From Eledone cirrhosa (lineage: Eukaryota): 64,000 nucleotides of DNA. This document shows positions 13,321-26,025 of this stretch, in pieces. Within the stretch, counting starts at the first letter, position 1. Each line of letters starts with the position of its first letter. The notes under the pieces were generated by a model. The model did not search any database and was not told the origin of the DNA. It worked only from the letters and a program-made list of their open reading frames with translations. A program made the position numbers and the translations under genes. The stretch is from positions 6,992 through 70,991 of the forward strand of contig CAXHJY010000706.1 of the NCBI GenBank assembly GCA_964016885.1, given 5' to 3'.

Positions 13321-15479
13321 CTAGTCTAAATGTTTAATTCAGTACAATAGATTTTGTGAGTACACTGTAGACTTTAAAATCACCAAATTTATCTAACTAC
13401 AACCTTAATGTATTTATTACACTTGCCTTTTTTAGATAATTGGAATAAACATCACAATTATTGCGTTGTTCAGTGTTATTTCAATGAAGGTCGATGTGTT
13501 TTAAGTTAGTAATTATGATCTAATGGAGTAACGTACCTTACACAATTTTTAATATCATTTCCTAAATATAACAAATACTCTAATTTTTATATAAAATTCT
13601 ATTCAAAATCCGCATAGAAAATTGATAGTTTTTATTTTCTTCTTCATTTCTTTGTTTTTTAAAATACATTTTCATTTTTCATTTTTTTTTTTTTTTTAAT
13701 CTGTTTTGTTTTTCTTTTGCTATTGTTTTATTCAAGAATTTGTGAATTATTTTGTTTCCCTCACGCCGCAGAAAGTTAATGTTCATTGCACATATATCAT
13801 TGTAAGAGAGAAAATGGCGCCAGAATGATGACGACTATTAAAGTTGGACCAGATTATCCTGTGGGGAGTTGAAATCAAGAACACGCAATAAAACTGTGTG
13901 CGACTTCAATGATAAATGAAGCCACATGCAAACGTATTGTGCTCAGTAATGCCAGACAGTCCATGAATCAAGAGAAAACGCCAGGTAGCTTTGTAATCAG
14001 CTTCAACTTTGGTAGGTGTAGCAGAGCAACGCAACACTAATGAACTTCGAAGGGGAGAGGTCAGTAGATTTCTCAAGTGATGGATGGTCTAACGACTTGC
14101 CGAACACAACTCATCCTTTTCCATTTTTCCTATGTGCATTTTCCTCTTCTTCTAACATTTTTCGCTAGTTATTTATTTATTTTCATTACATTGTATTTTT
14201 CTCCCCTTCTTTTGGGGTTTTGTTTTGTTTCTAAGTATGAGAAGCAGAAGAAGCCATTAGGAAACGACGGAAATATACATAACAAAAGAAAGGGCATCTG
14301 AGAATATATACTAAGTGTACATCCATATATATGTGTATGCGTGTGTATGTGTGTATATGCATGTATAGGTGCGCGTGTGTGAGCGTGTGTGTGTGAGTGT
14401 ATGTGTGTGTACGTGTGTGTGTACGTGTGTGTGTACGTGTGTGTGTACGTGTGTGTGTGGGCGTGTGTGTGTGGGGGGGGGGGGGTACGTGTGTGTGTAT
14501 GTGTGTGTGTGTACGTGTGTGTGTACGTGTGTGTGTGTGTATGTGTGCGTGCGTGTGTGTGTGTGCGTGTGTATGTGTGTGTACGTGTGTGTGTACGTGT
14601 GTGTGTACGTGTGTCTGTGTGATCTTGAATAAAAAGGATATCTAAAATTCTAATTTGTTTCTTATTTACGATTTAAATTTCTTAGTTGTGTCAACTATTC
14701 TCGTTATTCCAACAATACTGGGACATCTCCGATATAATACCAAACTCCTATAGGTTTCAACGATCTCAACTCTTTATAATAACAACATAATGCAGTACAT
14801 AAGGTAGAAAAACTCAAACTTTCAGGCAATATTAGTAATGGACGTATCTCTGGAGTAGTTCAACTTCCACTCTCTTGGTAAAGTAATATTGATGTGATTT
14901 TATTAGAGGCAAGATAGTTACTTACTTAATAACAATGAATCATTTTTCATATAATAGGTGAGTCATGGAATTCTGTTTACCAGATATTGAAAATTGGAAC
15001 AGAAAATATAAAAAAAAAAGATAAAAAAACTTTGCGTTCTTTTATTCACGAAAGCAACGTTTTTAATCATTCACTCGACGTGAAGTTTTCAGACAATTGT
15101 GCCTTTACAGATACCTAAGAGAAAAGTTAAGATAAAAGCTAAATAAAGCTCTGAATGAATTTAGACGTAGTTGGTCTCATTGTTTGGATTATATAGCCAT
15201 TATTCTTTTTCTCTAAGAAAGTGGAAGAGTCACAAAACGCCAAATGTAAAATTTTCTCTAAGATATTCACCAATGAATGATAAAAGTTGTTGATATATGA
15301 ATGAGATCATACCAGAGGCTATTGATAATTTCAATATCTTCTTGACTTTGCTACCAGTGTCAGGGTACCATATTTCAATTCGAGACAAGCTATTTTAGAC
15401 TCGTTGTCTAACACGAAACGAATGTAGAGACACTGTAGCTAACATCCTCTACGCTGTATGCAGGTTTGCTAGTCTATAA

Positions 15480-15580
15480 TGCTGTTGCTCTGAAGAGGGG
15501 ATGGGCTCCGCTAGGCTTAAAACTGCCTTAGAATGCTGACGGCAATATGGCGCCTCTACGACTCATTCGGGAGTTATGGG
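15480..15580 (+). mobile_element. 3' module of the (ACCAT)n-tailed retroposon
   Basis: gatgggctccgctaggcttaaaactgcc...aatatggcgcctctacgactc..ggagttatggg matches the reverse complement of 25715-25800 and 56660-56745. Confidence 0.65.
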
Positions 15581-16199
15581 TGTAGACATACATTGTTGTT
15601 GCTAATGTTTGTGTAAATGACTATGAACGGATTCAACTGTGAGAATTATCAATCCGTGTTTTGGACAGCTTAAGAGTAATTCAGGAAGTGGCTTCTGGTG
15701 GCTAAATTTCCAAATTCTACGAGTTCACTACTCTTGTATAATCCTTACTTAAGGCAATCTGCTTGTCGAGGAAATAATATGGGAGGTAAGTGAAGTCTAA
15801 CCATGCGTAAATGAATAGACAGAATTTAAGGTTAGGATTACTGAAGACATGTGGCCTAGTGGTAAGGTTGATGGACTTACGATTATAATGTTGTGGGTTT
15901 GATTCCTAGACTGGGTTGTGTGTTGCGTTCTTGAGAAAAATACTTTCCTGGTGGAAAACTCGCTGTTGAAATCAGCAGATGAAATTTTGTTGTCGACGAT
16001 CTTATTTTTGAAAAATAATTGAGTGGCATATTTGAAAAACTAACACCGGTTTAGCCCTAAAGAGCTACAGGTAAAGAAAACCTTACCAGCTCACGAAAAT
16101 ACTGATTAGTTTAACTCTAAAACAATATTAAATGTTCAACAAAATACGTTGGATAACTATGGCATAACAACAAACTTACGGGAGCGATCTGCAACATGT

Positions 16200-17050
16200 A
16201 TCGATAAAGTACCAGTAATGCACTGGGTAATTGCTGGCCTTGTGCCTAACGTAGAAACAATTATTATTACTATGACACTTTACGATCTGAGTTCAAAATC
16301 CACCGAGGTTAACTTCGCCTTTCATCCTTACGGGGTCGATAAAATAAAGTACCAGTAATGTACTCGGGTCGATTTAATCGACTTTTCCCCCTCCCCAAAA
16401 TTACTGGCTTTGTGCCTATACTAGAAATCATTATTATTATTATGGCCCTTAATATTCTGAGTTCAAAATCCGCCGAGGTTAACTTTGTCTTTCATCCTTA
16501 CGGGGTCGATAAAATAAAGTCCCAGTAATGCACTGGGAAAATTGCTGGCCTTGTGCCAATAGTAGAAACAATTATCATTATTATTAAGACAATTAAGGAG
16601 GGTGGATTAGCAGTATTGTTAGAGCGTCGGACACCATACTTTGTAGCATAGAGTTACGGCCCTTTACGGCCTGAGTTCAAATTCCTTTCATCAAATTCAA
16701 ACTTTGCCTTTCATCCTTACAGGATCGATAAAATAAAGCACCAGTAACGTACTGTGTTCGATTTAATCGACTTTCCCCTCCCCCAAAATTGCTGGTCTTG
16801 TGCCTAAAGTAGAAATCCTTATTATTAAGTCAATTGGATTACAGAATTTGTAGAATGTGTTGGGCACTATGTTATGATTTTTATTATTTCGATATATTCT
16901 AGGTTTAAATCTTGTTGATGTCGGCTCTGCTTTTGAACCTTCCAGGATCGATAAAAAGAAGCACCATTAAAGTACTGTGGTCAATTCAGTCCACCTTACC
17001 CCAAGACCTAAAAATATTTATTATTATGTCTATATTAGAAATCATTATTA
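16200..17050 (+). mobile_element. Head-to-tail cluster of about five major-family SINE copies
   Basis: Repeated gagttcaaa..ccgaggttaac..gcctttcatccttacggggtcgataaaataaagtaccag units separated by (TTA)n tails. Confidence 0.85.
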
Positions 17051-17846
17051 TTGATAAGAAATTATAGTTGTAATTATTATCATCACCCCCGTCACCCTCC
17101 TCCTTTCCACCATCTTCATCGTCATCATCTACTTGTTATTATTACTATTATTATCAGCCTCACCTGAACCTATTCGTCTGCGTTTGTATCACCTTGTCCG
17201 GTGAAGCTACTTAGCTTCGATTATTAGGGCATATTTCTATAATTGTTCAGTCATGCATAATACATCAGGACACAGACTCTTTTCATGTAGAAAATGTTTA
17301 ATTGTTAATCAAACAACCCACCTATTTGTCAAACACATAATATGCCTCACTTTACTTCCTGTTTTGTTTTACATTCTTTTTTTCTTTCAGTTATTCTATC
17401 TTTCCTTCATGCTTTTTATTGATCCCACCTCGGGCTCTTTCAAGCAATATATAATCGATCTGAAACTCAGATTTTTTTTTTTTTTTTTTCTTTATCACTG
17501 ATGTCTAATACCAACTCTTTCGAAAGTAGATAAACACTGGTTGTGTGACCAATCACAGCACTTGTTGGAATTTACTGCAATATTTTCAATGAAATGAAAA
17601 TGATAAATCTAAACCGGAGATTGGGGTTGAAGGCGAAAAGAGTTTTATGTATTTATATATATATTTTTTTTTATCTATTATTGCTTTTATCTGTCTTCCA
17701 CCAACATACATACATACGTACATATACACACGCCAATATATATATATATATATATACACACGCACATATATATATATATGTGTGTGTATATATATACATG
17801 TGTATATATATATATATAAATGTGTGTATATATATATATATATAAG

Positions 17847-18032
17847 TTTATCCCAGGTTCAATCGGGGGGAGGGGACCATAGTCAGTAAGTTACTCAATA
17901 CATAGCAGAGTATAAATATTTAATATAGAAATGGCTTCTACAGGACTAGAACTGTTTCATTCGGGAGAAATTATCAGGGCTTCCTGATGATTTCTCCCGA
18001 ATGAAACAGTTCTAGTCCTGTAGAAGCCATTT

Positions 18033-18037
<5 letters not shown>
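17847..18037 (-). mobile_element. Family A palindromic HHR mini-element
   Basis: Palindrome 17924-18037 around ggcttc; long arm on the minus strand homologous to 9548-9642. Confidence 0.8.
17978..18028 (+). ncRNA. Type I hammerhead ribozyme motif (family A)
   Basis: Stem I GGCTTC/GAAGCC, CTGATGA, stem II T-TTC-tccc-GAA-T, GAAA, stem III ACAG-ttctagtc-CTGT, predicted cleavage after GTA (18022). Confidence 0.8.
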
Positions 18038-18111
<74 letters not shown>

Positions 18112-18270
18112 TTACTATGATATTTTGTAATATATTTTACATAGATCAATAATAGAATGGATATACGGGGAACTACCCCCCAGAAACGATCGTAAAATAA
18201 TGAGTTTTATTATGAATTAACCATGTTTTTTTTATTTCATTGTTTTCACTACTTGTGTATATATATATAT

Positions 18271-18400
18271 GAGTCCCGGGTTCAATCGGAGGTAATCACA
18301 GTAAGTAAGGTACTCAATACATTAGTAGAGTATACACAAAATTTAATAGAAATGATTTCTACAGGAATAGAACTGTTTCATTCGAAGAAAATCATCAGGC
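18271..18400 (-). mobile_element. Family A single-arm copy with HHR core
   Basis: Minus strand CTGATGA TTTTCTTCGAAT GAAACAG ttctattc CTGTA; the 5' strand of stem I is absent. Confidence 0.7.
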
Positions 18401-18818
18401 TTGTGATAGACAGATCGAACCAGAAAATTAGTTCTGATTGACACATTCCATCCGATATAATGTTTTGATTTAAATATTCACGTCTGATGAGCAGATTGAT
18501 ACCTAATACAGGTCTACCATACAGATAAAAACTTTGAGCCGATCATCTGTAAAAAATATGTAACTTTGGATATGAAATAAGAACATTTTAAAATGAAACT
18601 TCGTTATCTCAAACATAATTGTTTCTACTTTTGGCACAAGGCCAGCAATTATTCCAGTATATTACTGGTACTTTATTTTATCGACCCCGTAAGGATGAAA
18701 GGCAAAGTTAACCTCGGCGGGATTTGAACTCAGATCGTAAAGGGACGTAACTATGCTGGAAAGCATGGCGTCCGACACACTACCGATACTGCCAACTCAC
18801 CGAACATAATATATATAT

Positions 18819-18985
18819 ACGACAGGCTCTGTGGTTTCTGTCTACCAAATTCCACTCACAAGATATTGATTCACCTGAGGCTATGTACTAAAAGACACTT
18901 ATCCAAAATAATGCACAACGGAACTGAAGACAGAACTACTTGGCTACGCAGCAAACTCCTTAACCACACAGCCATGCCTACGCCT
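18819..18985 (-). mobile_element. Second octopus-type tRNA SINE (CORE-like)
   Basis: Minus strand head ggcgtaggcatggctgtgtggttaaggag; body tttctgtctaccaaattccactcacaag; recognised from memory only. Confidence 0.65.
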
Positions 18986-19505
18986 ATACATATATGTATG
19001 TAGGATAAGTCGTGTGCATGTTGGGATGTTACGTATATATATATATATATATGTGTGTGTGTATATGTGTATATACATATACATATATATATATATTGAA
19101 GGATAAGTATTTACCCTTAATTTTATTCTGAGTTAAGACTCTATTGATTTTTTTCCCTGTATTACACTAAATCTGTGGATAAAATATCTGTCTTGACTCT
19201 TTTTGAATTGAGATTGAATTATTTTCCCATATCTTACGTTAAATATTTTCCATCTTGACGTAATAGTTACTTATATGTATGAATAGCTGTTGGCTTCTTG
19301 CTCACATTAATTTCTCTAGTATCAGTAGAGGGTCGGACGCCATGCTTTCCAGCATAGTTACGTCCCTTTACGATCTGAGTTCAAATCCCACCGAGGTTGA
19401 CTTTGCCTTTCATCCTTACGGGGTCGATAAAATAAAGTACCAGTAATGCACTGGGTATTTGCTGGCCTTGTGCCTAAAGTAGAAACAATTAATTTCTCTA
19501 TTTTC

Positions 19506-19539
<34 letters not shown>

Positions 19540-19544
<5 letters not shown>

Positions 19545-19670
19545 ATGTGGTCTACCTTTCGTGGTAGGGTCTATACCGTAGTTAGAACTCAATGTAATCC
19601 GTTTAGCATGTAGTTCAGTGATATTCAGTGATTGGTTCTGTTTCGCTGAGCCAGTCTTTCAGATACAGAG
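19540..19670 (-). mobile_element. Degenerate HHR mini-element next to (TA)n
   Basis: Minus strand ctgaaaga ctg-gct-cag c GAAA cag-aaccaatca-ctg, followed downstream by cattgagtt. Confidence 0.4.
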
Positions 19671-20024
19671 TCTGATATATTACATATTATATTATTTAAC
19701 AATGATAACAAAGGCAAGTTATTTTACATATATCATTCGTTGTATTACGATCGTTTCGGAGGGTTGATCATATCGATATATTTACTGATATATATCAGTT
19801 AGAGAACTGTATACTATCAGACATACTATATGGGTTCAATCATACCGACTTCTTTAAATGTCTTTGGTAGTGTACAGAATAAAATATTAATATGGTATCA
19901 GTAATAAAACACTGTTTATCACTTGGGTCAAAAATATAACAATAAAATGTAGTACATTATTAGATATTTTTACCCAAGTGATAAACAGCAGTTTATTGGT
20001 TCTTCTGACAATGTTACTTTATTA

Positions 20025-20123
<99 letters not shown>

Positions 20124-20360
20124 TATATATGTATGCATTTATGTATGTATACACATATATATGTATGTATTTATTTATGTATATATATATGTATATATGT
20201 ATGTATTCATTTATGCATGTATGTACGTATCTATTTATATATGTATGTATGTATGCATCTATGTATATATATGTATATATATGTATATATGTATATATGT
20301 ATGTATGAATTTATGCATTTATGTATATATATGTATGAATTTATGTCGGGTGACTCTTGA

Positions 20361-20953
20361 GTGCTACTGGTAACATGTAACCCAGTACAACCTGTCGCAT
20401 GGTCGAGTCGTCGGCGACTAAACTGGCAACCCCACCAAGATTTCTTGGTGAGGAGGGTGACTTTGGACATCCTGCAGGACTAAAAACAAAACCAGTCAAA
20501 GAGCAAAGGAGCTCTTAAGAGTCAATGGCCATCCAAAATCACCGGGAGAGATGACCCCTTAACCTTTGTCAAGGCAGAATTCTAGGAGAAGGAAAACTCT
20601 GATATAACACCTGCAACCCTGATGGTATCCAATGATTTTGACTTGTTCTTCTTTTTGGTAAATATCATCTTGGTTAAGAGAGTGGGACTGGCTTTGTGCA
20701 GTGCCTTTACTCACTATAAAAGCTTCACGGCACAGGCATTGCTTTATATCTGGAGATCTCTCTGCACTTGTCGTCACATGGTACCATGGGCCCAGCACTA
20801 TGTATCAATAATTGTCACAAGTGTAGTGTTTGTACCAGAGTTTTCAAGTCGCTGGCTGGACTAAAAAGTCACACTCGTTCAGCGCATTGGTAGTGGTTCT
20901 CCTACATGGATATAAAGTAGTGGCCGTACTCGAAAACGAGTTGGCAGCCACCA
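20361..20953 (+). mobile_element. About 0.6 kb non-autonomous RTE-derived retroposon with (TGTA)n tail (family I)
   Basis: Three highly similar copies (also 50875-51471 and 59039-59650 on minus); contains tctaggagaaggaaaactctga, a motif recalled from RTE 5' UTRs; shared 3' end gagttggcagccacca. Confidence 0.75.
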
Positions 20954-21114
20954 TGTATATATGTATATATGTATGTATGAATTTATGCATGTATGTGTGT
21001 ATTTATATATGCATGTATGTATGTATGTATGTATTTATTTATGTATGTATATAAATATATGTATATATGTATGCATGAATTGATGCATTTATGTATGTAT
21101 GTATATGTGTATGC

Positions 21115-21145
<31 letters not shown>

Positions 21146-21167
21146 CATGTATGTATATATTTATGTA

Positions 21168-21220
<53 letters not shown>

Positions 21221-21510
21221 ATGTGTCTATGCATCTATCTATCTATCTGTATACATGCATAGGCACATTTTATTGCTGTTGACTTATTTACACTATACGT
21301 TGTTAATCGTTTAATTGCCGCCCAAGACATACACGTTTTTTCTATTAAAGTTGCTATCGTCTGGAGTTGGGAAGGGCGGGTCATACCATGTTTAGGTGCT
21401 AACAACTAGACTTTGGCTTTATACTTTATACTTCTTGTTTTTCTTCTTCTTTTTTTTTTGGGGGGGGGGGTTGTTTGTTGTTTGATGTTTGTTGTTTGTC
21501 TGTTGGCGAT

Positions 21511-22790
21511 ATTGATAGTAAATAGTAGTAGTGGTTTTGTTATGGTGTTTTGTTTTTTTTTACTTTAGTGGTGCTGATGGTGTTGTTGATGGTGATGATG
21601 GTGGTGGTGGTGGTGGTGGTGGTGGTAATGGTGGTGGTGGTGGTATCGGTGGTGGTGGAGTTTATGGTGATGAAGGTAACGGTGGTGGTGTTGATAGTAA
21701 ATAGTAGTAGTGGTTTTGTTATGGTGTTTTGTTTTTTTTTACTTTAGTGGTGCTGATGGTGTTGTTGATGGTGATGATGGTGGTGGTGGTGGTGGTGGTG
21801 GTAATGGTGGTGGTGGTGGTATCGGTGGTGGTGGAGTTTATGGTGATGAAGGTAACGGTGGTGGTGTTGATAGTAAATAGTAGTAGTGGTTTTGTTATGG
21901 TGTTTTGTTTTTTTTTACTTTAGTGGTGCTGATGGTGTTGTTGATGGTGATGATGGTGGTGGTGGTGGTGGTAATGGTGGTGGTGGTGGAGTTTATGGTG
22001 ATGAAGGTAACGGTGGTGGTGTTGATGGTATTGATGGCGATGATGATAGTAATGCTGGTGGTGTTGGTGGTGGTGGTATTGATGGCAATGGTTGTGGTGG
22101 TGATGGTGGTGTTGATGGTAATTGTGGTGGTGGTAGTGGTGTGGTGTTAATTGTAATGGTTGTGGTAGTGGTGGTGGTGGTATTGATGGCAATGGTTGTG
22201 GTGGTGATGGTGGTGTTGATGGTAATTGTGGTGGTGGTAGTGGTGTGGTGTTAATTGTAATGGTTGTGGTAGTGGTGGTGGTGGTATTGATGGCAATGGT
22301 TGTGGTGGTGATGGTGGTGTTGATGGTAATTGTGGTGGTGGTAGTGGTGTGGTGTTAATTGTAATGGTTGTGGTAGTGGTGGTGGTGGTATTGATGGCAA
22401 TGGTTGTGGTGGTGATGGTGGTGTTGATGGTAATTGTGGTGGTGGTAGTGGTGTGGTGTTAATTGTAATGGTTGTGGTAGTGGTGGTGGTGGTATTGATG
22501 GCAATGGTTGTGGTGGTGATGGTGGTGTTGATGGTAATTGTGGTGGTGGTAGTGGTGTGGTGTTAATTGTAATGGTTGTGGTAGTGGTGGTGGTGGTATT
22601 GATGGCAATGGTTGTGGTGGTGATGGTGGTGTTGATGGTAATTGTGGTGGTGGTGGTAGTGGTGTTAATTGTAATGGTTGTGGTGGTGGTGGTATTGATG
22701 GTGCTGTTGATGGTGGTGGTGTTGGTGGATGGTAATGATGGTGGTGGTGGTAATGGTGGTGGTGGTGGTGGTGGTAATGGCTGTGATGAT
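21511..22790. repeat. (GGT)n-rich minisatellite with about 177 bp and about 105 bp higher-order units
   Basis: gatagtaaatagtagtagtggttttgttatgg recurs three times; ggtattgatggcaatggttgtgg recurs about six times. Confidence 0.9.
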
Positions 22791-23027
22791 TGCAGTTAAT
22801 AATGCCTGTGGGTGTTATTTACATGACGGGATAGTTATTGTTGTTGTTTATTTAGATGTGCCGCGCGCGCGCGTGTGTGTGTGTGAGTGAGAATATGTGT
22901 GCATATGTGCATGTGTGTGTATGCTTGCGTGTATGTGTATGTATGTGTGCGTGTATGCGTATTTGCACATGTGTGCGAGTGTGTGTGTGTATGTAAGAGA
23001 GAGAGAGAGAGAGATACAGAGAGAGAT

Positions 23028-23090
<63 letters not shown>

Positions 23091-23128
23091 TATTTCTTTA
23101 TTAGCCACAGGGGCACAAAAGAAGGGAC

Positions 23129-23255
<127 letters not shown>

Positions 23256-23798
23256 GAGAGAGAGAGTGCGACAGAAAGGAAGATGTTTTTGTTTTTGTTA
23301 TTGGTGCAGTGATGTGTGGGGAGGGAGGGTATGGCAGTTGATTGTAGCACGTGCATGGTGGCTAAGGGGTTAGGGGTTAGGGCGTAGGGCATTTCAATCG
23401 GAAAGGACAATAAAAGATTAACAACAAAAGAAGATAGGTAACACACGATGAAACACAAAAGGGAAGATATCCAATATAATGATTTCTACTTTAGGCACAA
23501 GGCCAGCAATCGATGAGATCGATTATATCAAAACCAGTATTTCAGTGGAACATTATTATATCGACTCCGGGCGCCATGCTTTGCAGCAAAGAGTTACGTC
23601 CCTTTATGGTCTGAGTTCAAATCCCGCCGAGGTTCACTTTCCTTTCATCCTTACGAGGTTGATAAAATAAAGTACCAGTAATGTACTGAGTAATTGCTGG
23701 CCTTGTGCCAAAAGTAGAAACAATTATTATATCAACTCTAGAAAGATGAAAGACAAAAGTTGACATCGGTGGGATTTGAACTGAGAGAGAGAGAGAGA

Positions 23799-23882
<84 letters not shown>

Positions 23883-24169
23883 ACTAGTAGGAACAAAAGA
23901 GAAGAGAAGAGAGATCGTTAAAGAGAGAAATAGAGAATATGTAGGGCGAGCTAGAAATACAAGAGCGAGAGAGGGAGAGAGAGAGAGACTATACAGAGAG
24001 GAATAGTAATAAAAGAATGAGAGAGAGAGAGATTGTGCGTGAGGTGAGTGTGAGGCAGTGAGTGAGAGAATGGGTGTGAGAAGATGAGGGAGGTGGTTGG
24101 GGTGGAATTGAGAATAGAGATGAATACAGAGTACAGAGAAATATAAAAAGAGAGTGAAGGAACGAGTGT

Positions 24170-24238
<69 letters not shown>

Positions 24239-25110
24239 TGTGTGTTTGTATATACGTGTACATTTGACTATGTGTGTGTTTGTATATACGTATATATGTG
24301 TGTGTTTGTATATACGTGTATATACGTGTATATGTGAGTATGTGTGTGTGTGTGTGTGTGTATGTGTGTTTGTTTGTATATACGTGTATATGTGAGTATG
24401 TGTGTGTGTGTGTGTATGTGTGTTTGTTTGTATATACGTGTATATGTGAGTATGTGTGTGTATGTGTGTTTGTTTGTATATACGTGTATATGTGAGTATG
24501 TGTGTGTGCATATATGTGTATGTGCATGTGTGTGTGTATGTGTGCGTATATGTGAGTGTGTGTGTATGTATGTGTTGTATTTGTATATACGTGTATATGT
24601 GAGTATGTGTGTGTGTGCATGTATGTGTATGTGTATGTGTGTGTATGTGTGTGTATATGTGAGTGTGTGTGTGTATGTGTGTGTGTTTGTATATACGTGT
24701 ATATGTGAGTATGTGCGTGTGTTTGTTTGTATACACGTGTATATGTGAGTATGTGTATGTATGTGTGTGTTTGTTTGTATACACGTGTATATTTGAGTAT
24801 GTGTATGTATGTGTGTGTATGTGTGTGTGTATATGTGAGTGTGTGTGTGTTTGTTTGTATATACGAATATATGTGAATATGCGTGTGTGCGCATGTGTAT
24901 GTTTGTATATATGATGTGTATGTTTGTATATACGTGTATATGTGAGTGTGTGTGTGTCTATGTGTATGTTTGTGTGTGTTTGTTTATATATACGTGTATA
25001 TGTGAGTATGTGTGTGTATGTGTGTGTACATGTGAGTGTGTGTGTGTGTGTGTGTATATGTGCGTGTTTGTTTGTTTGTATATACGTGTATATGTGAGTA
25101 TGTGTGTATG
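24170..25110. repeat. GT-rich minisatellite (tttgtatatacgtgtatatgtgagta units)
   Basis: Direct reading. Confidence 0.9.
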
Positions 25111-25689
25111 TGAGAGAGATTATATGCGTCTGTGTATGTTTGTCTGTTTCTGTGAAAAAAAGAGAGGCAAAGAGAGAAAGAGAGGGAAGAGAAAAACAGA
25201 ACGCAAGCAAATACACGTGGAGATTGAAAGAGAAACAATGGAACTAAGACTAAGAGATGGGGGGGGGGGGGGCAGTTTATAATATATGAGAGGCTGATGA
25301 GACAGCTTCTGGCTAAATAAGATAAAATTAAGCAGAATTTAAGAATTGGGTTGCTTGTAGAGGTTATAGAATAACATTTTAAATTGCACACTAAATGGAC
25401 ATTTCATTCGGAATCATGTGGAGATATTTTCAAGCGAACATTGAATATGTTCCTTATTTATGACAATACGTCAATGTCGACCACATAAACCAACACCAGA
25501 GTATGGTGTAAAGATCATAACGTTATTAAAAATGTCCGCTCCTACCAAATAAATCCGAGTTCGTGTGTCTCTGATTTACAGGTGAAAGGAAATTGGTTTC
25601 TGCGACGTAAGTAATGGGTCTTAAACGAGAATCGAAACTAAGTCATGAGTCAGGAACCTGGTCAGACAGCGTTTGGTGTAGTATATATA

Positions 25690-26025
25690 TAGTATGTTAT
25701 GGTATGGTATGGTTCAGTAACTCGTGAGGGAATAGTAGGGGCGCCATATTAACAAACGATGTTTCTATGGCATTTTAAGCTTAGCAGAGCCCATCTCCTC
25801 TCCAGGTCTGAACACAGCAGATTTCTTCCAGAGAAAGGTAGAAAGTGAGAGAACGGAAGTCAGAAAGAAAAATAGAGGAAGAATCGACCCCAGTACTGAA
25901 CTGGTACTTTTTTATCGACCTCGAAAGGATGAAAGGTGAAGTTAACCTCGGCGGGATTTTACTCAAAGAACAAAGAGCTGGAACGAATACCGCAAAGTAT
26001 TCTATGGCGTTCAATTCGTCGCCTA
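25690..26025 (-). mobile_element. Composite SINE plus (ACCAT)n-tailed module
   Basis: Inverted paralogue of 197-535; short ggtatggtatgg tail at 25697-25712. Confidence 0.7.

Noticed and set aside
14907-14925. aggcaagat (miR-31-like seed) and other short miRNA seed matches
   Set aside because: Matches do not extend beyond the seed and no precursor hairpin is evident.
20559-20864. 79-80 aa ORFs repeated at 50964-51269 and 59128-59433
   Set aside because: Conserved only because they lie in near-identical family I copies; overlapping on both strands with no recognisable motif.
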